A stretch of 64,000 nucleotides of DNA from Azolla caroliniana (Eukaryota > Plantae > Polypodiophyta): positions 16,926,001 through 16,990,000 of the forward strand of contig JBHGNT010000007.1 in assembly GCA_043228905.1 (NCBI GenBank), in the 5' to 3' direction. The stretch's first letter is position 1; every line of letters starts with the position of its first letter. Positions 49,885 to 60,171 of the stretch are shown here, one piece after another. The position numbers and the translations under genes were made by a program. The notes below the pieces were generated by a model. The model had not been told where the DNA came from. It did no database searches and saw only the letters and a program-made list of their open reading frames with translations.

Positions 49885-51349
49885 ACATGGGAGCCTGTTG
49901 AGCATCTTGCTAATGCCTCCAACATGGTTGTTGCATTTCACGACAAATATCCCCATAAACCAAGTCTGAACTCTTGTCTTCCGACTCGTGGAACTCGTCG
50001 TCGAAAGGGGGAGATAATGTCATGAAGACAACATTTTGGTTATCAAGAATCAAACCCACGGCTTCTTGGTCTATGTGTTGAACCCTTAACCATTGTAATA
50101 ACATATATGATGTGTGATTATAATAATTATGTTTCTAGTTATTACAAGATATTAGAATATTCTAGAACATTCTAGATTAGTCTAGAACATTCTAGATTAT
50201 TCTAGATTATTCTAGAACATCCTTTAATATTTCATGATTATATTTCTTATCATAAAATCTAAAATATTCTAGAACATTCTAGATTACTCCACAAGGACCT
50301 ATAAATAACTGTCTATACATTCGTTTCAACTCATTCGGTTCAACACCAGTTTTTAGCCCTTAGCCTACTCATTGTAATCTTGTTTCATCATAATATAATC
50401 TCATTTCTATTTCAAGTCTTATCTCTCTCACTCTCTCTCTCTCACGCACACACACACACACACCCTCTCTCTTTCGCTCTCACTCTATCTTCTATCCACG
50501 AGTCTCAACAACTATAAATAATGGTGAATATTAAGTTAGAGGCGGTTTTCAAAAGTAGACAAAAGTAGAGAAAAAGATGGGGTGGAAAAAAGAAACACCC
50601 GTGGATATGAGGAGCACAGCAGAGAAAAAAGCTAATAATTTCCTCATCAGATGTCCAAATTAGAAAAAAGAAAAGATGCATAACAAAGCTAACCCAAAGA
50701 GCTTTCCAAGAATATCTTGCATGTGAAATAGTGAGATAAAGAAAAGCCGACTCATATAGACAAGCTTTTTTTTAGGGGAAAAAGGCAAGCAATCCTAAAC
50801 CTATAAATAAGAGTCTATTCTAGTGAAGAAAGGGGGGAGGGAGATGGAACGCGGAAACTCTACTCAATTGGAAGGCAAAAGAAGACGGATCAACAACATC
50901 AAGAGGCATCATCAACAAAGAATCACCTTCTTCTATATTCCACTCTCTTCTTTCCTCCACCTCTCTTCCCCCTTCCTTTATAAATTATCACTCATATTCA
51001 TATCAAACCCGTTGTAAAATTGATTCTTGTTTTATAAAAGAACCTATTATATTGCAATAAACTAATGTTTGGTTTCACCTACGTGTCTTAAATGTTATCG
51101 TCATTTGTGTTTATTTGTTTGTGTGTCTTGTGACAAGGGAGCGTTTCGAGCTTGCCCATGCACCTCTCCTCTCACAAAGGCATTCAAACTTACGTGTCTT
51201 ATATGTTATTGTCATTTGTGCTTATATGTTTGTGTGTCTTGTGACAAGGGAGCGTTTCGGGCTTGCCCGTGCACCTCTCCTTTCACAAAGGCATTCAAAC
51301 TTTCGTGTCTTGTGTGTTCGTGCAACTTGTGGCATTTCTTGAGCATTCA

Positions 51350-52199
51350 TGAGGCGATCTACAGCGGCCGCCATTGCTTCTGCAAGCTTGCCTCCCCTCA
51401 TAGTAACTCCCTTGCCACCCTTTTCACATCAGGTTCACCAAAGATATCACGGAAATCTGTGGCTTGTGGGTCGGCTTGGGCAAGACCACTAGGGTCTTGG
51501 ACCAAGAACCTTAATGATAGGTGTCGGCTGAGTGTTTGCCGGCAATGACCAATCGGCCTTGGATCCAGCTTCCGAGTGATGAGCACACGGGCTTGTAGAT
51601 ACATGCCAACAAGCATGAGATGAAACGAGGAAGGAGACGACCCAAACAAAGATCTTTCAGTACACAGCACACACCCAAATACAGAAGACAATGAATTGAT
51701 TAAAGCAAATAAAGAATACATAAACTTGGCCTTAGGCCAGTTAGTAGAGATTCGAGCTCGACAAACACACAGACATGAGCCTCTAGTCAGGAGCACATAG
51801 GCTACCCACGCAAGCATAAGACCTCACATGACCGATCCGACTGAGTAGAACAGGGACCTATAGTACTCATCAATACTCCCAAATCGACAACACCTTCCCC
51901 TCCAAAACGACCAATCCCCCTAACAGTCTCCTCCCCTCCTTTAATAGTTCCAAGAAGGGTCGATTACATCAGTTGTTATGACAGGTGTCTGTCAGAGATT
52001 CCCCTCCTGATTTCCTTCCATCACCTAACCATTATTCCCCTCTTTTCGTGGGCCCATAAGTGCTAATTAAAGTTATCATATCTTTGTACTTTTATTTACA
52101 ATTTTTTGTACATCGACCACTTTCGTGTGCATACGTGCACTCCCTTGTTCCCACGCATCCGTCGAACCGTTCACCTAGTGGCCGAAATCCTCCATGACA
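51350..52199 (-). mobile_element. LTR-like fragment (TGTCATGGAGGATTTCGG start), same broad family as 34037/41025
   Basis: The minus-strand terminus at 52199 resembles TGTCGTGAAGATTTTCGG; no coding domains recognised. Confidence 0.4.
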
Positions 52200-53699
52200 A
52201 CATACATAATAAGTGCTCATAGACATATGTCAAATTTTTGCCTCCATCATAATAAGAAAAAGAAATTTTGATAGGATTTGCTCACCAAAAAATAATCCCC
52301 AATGTATATAGGATCAGGCCTAGGCCTTCACAAGTATTAAACTTGAGTTCTCTATTTTATGATTATGATGTTATGGCAAGGCTCCTTCCATGTGCCCCGT
52401 CACCCTTGATTCACATCAAAAATAGAATGTGAAATGGGGTATACAAGAATATGTATGTGTGTGTTTAATTCTATAGAGAAGAATACACTTTCCAATAAGA
52501 TGGTATGGGTACAAATTGTTCACTATTTCTGTCTATGCAAGTATATGTTACACTTCTACAGTTTAGCTTTCTTTTTCATTTGCAAAACTCTAGAGTTTAC
52601 ATTAGTAATTTGTGATTGCCCATAATTTAATATTCCCATGCCATTCCCTATCTAGATGACATCAATAAAGAGTGGCATCACACACCATGACTAGGGTTAC
52701 AAACACTATCTAGATGAATTGAAAAACAAAGTTCTAAATGTGTTCAAGAATCAATCCACATTTCATCATAGTAAGATTAAATTGTCTTAATCAGTGTAAC
52801 TCACATTCATGCATGAGTGACACCTATAAACAATATAATGTGCCAATAGTTCTTGAGTAGACTAATAATAGACCACTTATAAGGACATACACAAGTATGA
52901 AACGTTCACAACACATGGCAATCTACAACCATCTAGATGTAACTTGACAATACAAAGATTTGACACCAAGTTTCCACACTACCATCTAAAATTTACCTTG
53001 CTCACATGCAAGTACCTTTCCTAACCCTACTTTACTTTGGGCAAACCTTATTACATTTCATTTATACAACTCTTTAATTCTAAATAGATTTCTGATCAAC
53101 CCCTAAACCATAAATATCTTAGTATACTAACATGTGATTATACATAAACCACTATCCAACCTCCAAGTTTTCATATCTTGTATTATGATAAGCATGCCCT
53201 ACCTTTCCTAGGCCTACTTTACTTGAATTGCACCACACAAAGTTGCATCCAAATTCCCGCTTTGGATCTAAGTAGATTTCTTATAAACCCATAAACCATA
53301 TAAATGTGCTACCATAGCAACATATGGTTATTCCCATCACATACTTGGGGCTATAGTGACCCTTAAACCACTATCCAAACTTCAGGAATTCACAAATGTG
53401 CATGATAATGCAATTGTATGTAATGATCATCCCAACAAATATTAGCAGAAACACATTACTTTCCATAAAAAACTATCCTCCATTGGTATTAAAATTAAAG
53501 TGGACAATATGCAAGATAATCCAATATTACAACGAATATTGTATAGCCATGTCGAATGACTGTAGTCAATATTTCTAGGTAAAGATAAATAATCTTTCTA
53601 GCCAATCTTATTCATGTTTGGCATATCCAAGAAAAATCTTTCATCCAGTAGGCCCGTTCTTTCAATCTTAGCGTGCATCTCACGTTCCTTCATAATCTC

Positions 53700-54720
53700 C
53701 TTGCATTGTCAGTGTCTTTGCACTTGCAATACATGTCTATAAGAGCATTGCTCGCAAAGACATTCAAGTCATAACCACTTGCAATTGTATGGTTATGTCT
53801 ATCATCTGATTTGCAATAGTGATGTCTGCTAACAAACCATTTTTATACTAAGGTTATGTAATTGCTTAGCACAAGCCAGATTTCCTTCTTTTTTGCATCT
53901 CTTTATGAGAAAAAATACTAATTCCTTTGGAATAATTTTTCCTTCAGTAAACAATTCCTAAAGTTCTTGAAATTCCTTGTTGATTGATACATCTTCATGC
54001 ACCTCACCAAAAGCCCCGGCCTCCAACAGTGCCAAAATAGTGATCCTTCTCTTCCAGCTGATGATGCTTGTATTTGAAGGTATATCATTGACAACCAAGC
54101 ATGCTAATTTGACTCTAATATATAAGGGCAATGCTTTTGTGGATCTCCGATTCTTGCAAGAATAAAGTATTATCAGCTAGTGTCCCATCTGATGCCCAAA
54201 GCAATGAAGAAGTTTGTGGGGATAGCAAAGACCTTATCACAATTGTTAAATTCAATATAGTGAGTGGGCAATGCATTCCAAGAGACTATTGATCGAGCTG
54301 GAACATGGTCAAAAACCCTACTTGAGTAGTTTCAAGTAATCCAAATTTTGCATACATATCAATGAGCATATTACTGATTACCAGATCATGTTTCAAACCT
54401 TGTTTGCAGATACTATTGTGCACTTATTGTCCTCTTTCTATTGTTCGAATATTGGCCACGACATTCAGAGATATACCTTCTAAATGTATACATGAGTGGC
54501 ATATAAGAGCATCCTCCCCACACTAATTTTCAGCATAACTTGTAATTAGTGTTGTCCATGAGACTATATTCTGTCTTAAGATCTTGCAACATATGACAAG
54601 CCTTGAGCAAAGACACATAAGGTAGAATAAAATAATCCATTTTATGGCATCATAAGCTTGGTCACATTGAATACATCCTGTAATGGGAGCATTCCAAGCA
54701 ACAATAGTCTGCAATTATGA
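53700..54720 (-). pseudogene. Degraded PLS-class PPR gene fragments
   Basis: DLNVFASNALIDMYCKC, GLKHDLVISNMLIDMYAKFG, QNIVSWTTLITSYAEN and IVAWNA, separated by stops and frameshifts. Confidence 0.7.
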
Positions 54721-55149
54721 AACCAATACTTCTTTTGGTTTTCAAATGTGCTTTAGGCAAGACCAAAACTAATTCTGAATGAAGAAAAAAAATTCTATGA
54801 TAAGGATGAGTGAAGATTGTGGGCGAGTCGAAGCCAACTATCATGAGTAGGTGAGGAAACTTTTAGACTCATTTTTTGTTGTCAGTACAGGATGTTGGTG
54901 GGCATCGGCGAGATGCCAAGATGGTCGGCGAGATCAAGATGTTGATGTGAACTGAATGAAGAAGATTTTAGGTTTCTCATTACGATGAGTGATGATGGTT
55001 TGGGAACCGAAGCAAATCGGGAGGGGAGGAGGAAATAGTCTAGATTCATTTCATTGTTATTTGTACATGAACTTGGTGCTAATCGGTGAGATGGTTGATG
55101 TGGACTAAATGAAGAATTTTTTGTGATAAGCATGAGTGAAGATGGTGTG

Positions 55150-55440
55150 GGGGTCGAAGCTTCTTCATGAACATGTGGTTCGGGATGAGATTGGAAAAGA
55201 TGTCATGGTCAGTGCTTCACTCGTCGATATGTATCGCAAATGTGGTGCTTTGGAAGAAGCTCGATCAACATTTGAAGATATGTGTGAGAGGATTGTAGTC
55301 TCTTGGAATGCTTTAAGGTTGGAGGATATAGCAGCAACAAACAAGGGATTGATCTTTTCAGACAATTTGGAAAGTTAGTTGAAGCAGAAGACCTTATTTT
55401 CAACCTGCCTATAGTGTTGTCAAATATGTATGCTGGAGGG
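55150..55440 (+). pseudogene. PLS-class PPR fragment
   Basis: LLHEHVVRDEIGKDVMVSASLVDMYRKCGALEEARSTFEDMCERIVVSWNAL; truncated. Confidence 0.75.
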
Positions 55441-56043
55441 AGATTGGATGGAATGAACCAAATAAAGTTCTGGTGAAAATGTGAACACTGTTCTGGATGA
55501 GAAAAGTCAGATTCATGAAGTTAAAGTTTGTTTATGCATAGACATTTCTGAAGTCTACGTACATGAAATGACTAGTGTGCTAGAATTTTGGTAACTCCAA
55601 TTGGTTTTCCACAAACACATTACTTTCTAGACTCTACATGATTTAACAATTAATGAATAAATAATGCTCATCAATACTTACATCTGCAATTACCCTAAAA
55701 CCACAATTCAAGGTTCATGTATCCATAAGTTCTGTGATGATCTTGTTTTGTTTAATGATCCTCCCAACATATACCAATCATCACAATCATTATACTTTCT
55801 AAACACTAAATAGCTAAAGGAGAAACTAAACAATGATGTTCATGTAGCGAATATTAACTAATAGTTGTCCACAAACTTTAATAAACCAACTTGCATTACC
55901 TAGGAGGCATCTCTTTCAATGAACCACACTAGGCTTGTCGATTATGTCCTTTGATTGAATAATCATGATGTAAAGCATATTATCAATCAAGTCCCAATCC
56001 TCATTGAAAGGCTAGAAAGAAAATTTTGACGCTTATATGCATG

Positions 56044-56142
56044 GAGTCTAAGCTCTTACATTCACAAGAGAGAGCATCTTCTTTTCTATTTTGGAGTCTA
56101 AGCTCTTACATTCACAAGAGAGAGCATCTTCTTTTCTATTTT
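56044..56142. repeat. Tandem duplication, 2 x 50 bp; followed by a ~280-bp diverged duplication (~56190-56640)
   Basis: GGAGTCTAAGCTCTTACATTCACAAGAGAGAGCATCTTCTTTTCTATTTT occurs twice; GTAGTAACAAAACCA...TTTGCAAGATACCTTAT also occurs twice. Confidence 0.85.
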
Positions 56143-56967
56143 TTTATCGATGCCTAGATTACTAGTGGGAGGGAGCATCTTCCTTTCTTAAAGTAGTAAC
56201 AAAACCAAGGACAATTTGCAAGATACCTTATATAGTTATGATTTCCATTTCATTGCTTATTATTATCATAACAAGAAGTATTGTATAAACTCAACGAAGC
56301 TACACAAACATTCTCTAGAAACATGGTATGCAATTATGCATAACAAACTTATGTAATCAATAGACATAGTTGTGTTACAAACCTTATTGTTGTTTTTGTA
56401 CATGGTACCAATCATAAAATTGTCACAAATGCCTACATTACTAATAGAAGTGAGAATCTTCCCTTTGTAAGGTAGTAACAAAACCAACAATAATTTGCAA
56501 GATACCTTATTTGGTTATTTTTTCACTTCAACATTTATTATCATCATAACAAAGAGTATGGTACAAATTTGAGGAAGCTACAAGAACACCCTCTAGAAAC
56601 ACGGTACCAAGTATTCATAAGAAACTTATGTAATTAATAGAAATGGTTGTTTTATAGAGCTTATTTTTGTACGTGCACGAGAACCAATTATAAAATCACA
56701 AGTACTTAGGCCAATTCATGTCAAAGCTTTCTGAGTCCTTCAAAAGTGGATAAATAAAAGAGTGTACACAATTGTATTGGACAAAGGTCAAGAATGGTAG
56801 GGTTGTACAATTGCATCATTGGACCATGTTGATTTATAAATCATATGGATTTAATAATTCATGATCCTATAATGGCATTAAAGTGGTCAAAGTTTAATAA
56901 ACATATCAACAAACATAAGTAACCCTAGTATGCTAAAACAAACGTGCTTTGTTATAAGCCCAACGGA

Positions 56968-59754
56968 TTATGAGATGTCGACCTTGAGGGGGGGGACAAG
57001 GGAGATGGACCTCTTTGTAAAAAGATGGGCCAAATTGAAAGTATTGGATTTGGATTTTCTCAATGAAGGGTTGATGCAAGAAGGGACATTCAGGACTGGT
57101 GTCACTCTAACACTTGATGTGTAGGCTAGGGACCTCTCCAAGGCCGCCTTGGTCCTTGGAATCTCGCCTCTTGACCCAAGTATAACGTTTGATTTCTCTA
57201 CATTCACCACCTTTCGACCTCCTTGTTTACCTTGACAGTTTGTTAAGTTGTTCCCAACAATAGCATTTACATCCAACATCCTTGATTTATCTTTGTTGCA
57301 ACGTTTGCTTTGTTGTATAACCCGAGGATGTTGGTGCTCTAGATTGGCCATATCATTATCCTTGGGCTTTTGTGCACACAAATTTGATGGTGGCGGTGTC
57401 AGCGCAAACCTATGGACTGGCGAATTATGGCGGGATTGTTGTGAAGAAGATTTTGGGGATTTTGGGGATGTCAACAATTGGGACCTCCTAGTACGCATAT
57501 CCTTGTTAACAATGCACATATTATTTGGTCTGGTCTTAGCCATGGATCTATCTCTATTGGAAGAAGGAGACCCATTTCTAGTGATAGAAGAAGAAGAAGA
57601 AAAACAATCTCTTATGGCATAAAGATGAGGCCCATCTCCAATAGTAGTGGAAGAGGGCAACTGTTCTTTAGTGGCAGAAGAGGAAGACGCATATCTATTG
57701 CTATAAGAAGAGGATCCACCTATAGTGGTCATCGAGGAAAACCCATCTCTAGGGGTATAGGAGAAACATTCATCATTGGTTGAAGAAGAAGAAGAAGAAG
57801 AAGAAGGTGTGTCCTTGGTAAATGTACTTGGACACACAGTCGTAGAAGAAGGACCATCCTTGGTGAATGTACTTGTACGCATAGTCATAGAAGAAGGACC
57901 ATCCTTGGTGAATGTACTTGTACGCATAGTCATAGAAGAAGGACCATCCTTGGTGAGTGCACTTGTACACATAGGCATAGAAGGAGGACCATCTTTGGCA
58001 CAAGGGCGTCGGGAAGTATCGAGAACGGGAGGGGGCTTCCAAGGGGAGGACGAATTTGTACGGATTGGGTCTTTGTTTCGAGTGAAGGGCCATAAGGACC
58101 TTGGGGTGGTACCTGGCAAAGTGAGGATAGATGGGGAGGACATAAATGATGGTTTGTGAAGCCTTTTGAGGTTGAAGAAGTTCTTAAGCCTAGTGCCATA
58201 CTTAGAGGAGCTACTATATTTAGAAGAAGAAGAGGAAGAGGAAGTAAAGAAAGTAGTTGGAGAGGATGGGGTAGTGGTAGTTGTGAAGGGGTGAGAGAAG
58301 GTTCTAGAAAGTGGAGAAGCGCATGTAGATGTGGTAAGACTCATGCATTTCCTCTGTCTGTTCGCTAGAAGAAGTGATGATGATCTTGATCTGTTCGAGC
58401 TTTCCATAGCCATCGACAGAGATCGTGGATTGGATTGGCTAAACTTTCTCATAAGCATTTCTCTCACTTCTTCTTCATCTTCATCTTCTTCTTCTTCCTC
58501 CTTAAATCTTGTTTGAATTGGACGCACCATCGATTGAATGCTTTTATGGTTTTCCATTAAACCTTCCTCTTCCTTCCTTCTTGCAGACGCAAGAAGCATC
58601 ATCTGCCTGCTTGTGAGCCATGAATATCTCGGATCTTCTTCTCCTTCACTTTTTCTGTTTATAGTGAGATTATTATTAGCGGCTGATTTCCCCTCTTCAT
58701 GATTCCTTTTTGTTGGCGATTTCTCTCCTTTTCTGGTTGTGGGCGAACTTTCTTCTTCACACTTTCTGCTTGTGAGCGATTCTTCTTTCACCCCGTTCCT
58801 TGTACACGATCTTTCCTCTCCATTTGTTTTTGTGGGCAATGGTATCTCTGGTTCTTTTCTGACTTCGATTGATCTTTCTGCATCAGTTCTAAGTTTAGGA
58901 CATCGTTCTTTCTCATTTGTGTTTTTGGTCAATGGCTTCTCTGGTTCGCTCCTGCTTTTGATGGATTTTTCTTCATCATTACTGCATTTGAGAGATCTTT
59001 CTTCTTCATTTCTGCTTTTGGGAGATCGTTCTTCTTCGCTTCTGCTTTTGGGCGAGCTTTCTTCTTCATTTTGGTTTATTTTGGATGATGATTTCCTCCC
59101 TCCTTTGGCTTCATTTTTGTTGCTTTGGGGCAATCTAACTTCACAATTATCTCTGTAATTAATTGCTGGAGAGGTGAGTTCATGCTTAAACTCACCATCT
59201 TTACTACAATCATTTGGAGATTTCAATTCAATATTATCAATATTAGGACTTGCACTAGTAAATCCTCCACAATTGGATGATTTCAATTCATTGCAATCTG
59301 CAAATCCATCACAAGTCACATCATTTGATAATGGGAGTGATGAATTAATCACACTCGAAGATCTTTGTTGTATAAGGCGGAGCTTTCCATCACAAAAGAG
59401 TTGGTCAGCTGAGAGCATTAGGCTCGGATCGTTGTTGTTATAATCCGAAAGTTTGTTGTCATCTAAGGGAGGTTTATATGGATCTAAAGGAAGTTTATAT
59501 TGATCCAATGGAAGATTAGACCTAGAGTTGAACTCAAATTCGAGATCACGAAGTGGGTTGTGATGATGATGATTTATATATAATTGATCAAATGGAAGAT
59601 TAGATCTAGAATCAAACTCAAACTCCAGATCAAGACTTGGATGTCTATTGTGGTTATAAGGATATTGAATGGGATCAATCACGGAATTAAAGCTATGCGA
59701 GAATGAGATTCGTGGGCTCAAATCCTCTCCAATGTGTTCACGAGTAGCTTCCAT
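56968..59754 (-). CDS. Intronless 928-aa, largely disordered plant protein with SPRISFS / EFEF / SADQLFCDGKL / VRVTPVLNVP motifs (MAKR/BKI1-related uncharacterised family)
   Basis: Uninterrupted ATG-to-TAA ORF in AT-rich flanks; the family's short conserved motifs appear in the expected order at both ends. Confidence 0.85.
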   Translation of the reverse strand: MEATREHIGEDLSPRISFSHSFNSVIDPIQYPYNHNRHPSLDLEFEFDSRSNLPFDQLYINHHHHNPLRDLEFEFNSRSNLPLDQYKLPLDPYKPPLDDNKLSDYNNNDPSLMLSADQLFCDGKLRLIQQRSSSVINSSLPLSNDVTCDGFADCNELKSSNCGGFTSASPNIDNIELKSPNDCSKDGEFKHELTSPAINYRDNCEVRLPQSNKNEAKGGRKSSSKINQNEEESSPKSRSEEERSPKSRNEEERSLKCSNDEEKSIKSRSEPEKPLTKNTNEKERCPKLRTDAERSIEVRKEPEIPLPTKTNGEERSCTRNGVKEESLTSRKCEEESSPTTRKGEKSPTKRNHEEGKSAANNNLTINRKSEGEEDPRYSWLTSRQMMLLASARRKEEEGLMENHKSIQSMVRPIQTRFKEEEEEDEDEEEVREMLMRKFSQSNPRSLSMAMESSNRSRSSSLLLANRQRKCMSLTTSTCASPLSRTFSHPFTTTTTPSSPTTFFTSSSSSSSKYSSSSKYGTRLKNFFNLKRLHKPSFMSSPSILTLPGTTPRSLWPFTRNKDPIRTNSSSPWKPPPVLDTSRRPCAKDGPPSMPMCTSALTKDGPSSMTMRTSTFTKDGPSSMTMRTSTFTKDGPSSTTVCPSTFTKDTPSSSSSSSSTNDECFSYTPRDGFSSMTTIGGSSSYSNRYASSSSATKEQLPSSTTIGDGPHLYAIRDCFSSSSSITRNGSPSSNRDRSMAKTRPNNMCIVNKDMRTRRSQLLTSPKSPKSSSQQSRHNSPVHRFALTPPPSNLCAQKPKDNDMANLEHQHPRVIQQSKRCNKDKSRMLDVNAIVGNNLTNCQGKQGGRKVVNVEKSNVILGSRGEIPRTKAALERSLAYTSSVRVTPVLNVPSCINPSLRKSKSNTFNLAHLFTKRSISLVPPLKVDIS
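57800..58000 (-). repeat. Coding tandem repeat, ~4.5 x 45 bp (TKDGPSSMTMRTSTF)
   Basis: The unit ATAGAAGAAGGACCATCCTTGGTGAATGTACTTGTACGCATAGTC is repeated, with two identical copies. Confidence 0.9.
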
Positions 59755-60134
59755 TATTAGCTTTCTTTAAAAGATAGATGAATGAAAAGCATATGCATAT
59801 GCATACAATTAAGTAGTTTCCATGGCTCTACCCAAATGATAAAGATCAATGACTTGATATAGATACCCACAATTAGGTAGTTTCCTCTACTCTACCCAAA
59901 CTTGATATAGATCAATGAATGATCTGATATATAGATATAATATGGACATGTATATTTTGATATACTCAAACAACCAAGTTGGAAACAATCAAGTGTATTA
60001 CTGTATACTTTTGAGGTCCAATTCAAAATCACTACTAATGATTGATTGGTGGTAATATATGGTAATCCTTAAAATAGTTCAATGGAACCTTCTAAAGAGA
60101 AAGAAGTACAAATCAATCTCTCTCTCTCTCATAA

Positions 60135-60171
<37 letters not shown>

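Larger units (their letters stand above)
45079..50510 (+). mobile_element. Tcn1-like Ty3/Gypsy chromovirus G (both ends present, 5' region rearranged)
   Basis: TSD ACTAT at 45074-45078 and 50511-50515; 3' LTR 50018-50510; PPT AAAGGGGGAGATAA; gag, protease LLDSGA, RT YLDD, RNase H, integrase (HHCC zinc finger, GPY) and chromodomain YEVAAILDSK..YLVDW.GY. Confidence 0.95.
44910..51300 (+). mobile_element. Older LTR-like element (TGTCATGATG..., related to the 34037/41025 family) interrupted by Gypsy G
   Basis: 5' end resembles TGTCGTGAAGATTTTCGACAACAGTGTGAAA; TATAAATA at ~50803; ~110-bp tandem duplication at ~51079-51300. The right boundary is unresolved. Confidence 0.45.

Noticed and set aside
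44910-52199. Single element bounded by TGTCATG...CATGACA
   Set aside because: No TSD (GCCGC versus ACATA); both ends look like 5' LTR termini in opposite orientations.
57248-59443. Plus-strand ORFs overlapping the 928-aa gene
   Set aside because: Antisense shadows of a low-complexity coding sequence.
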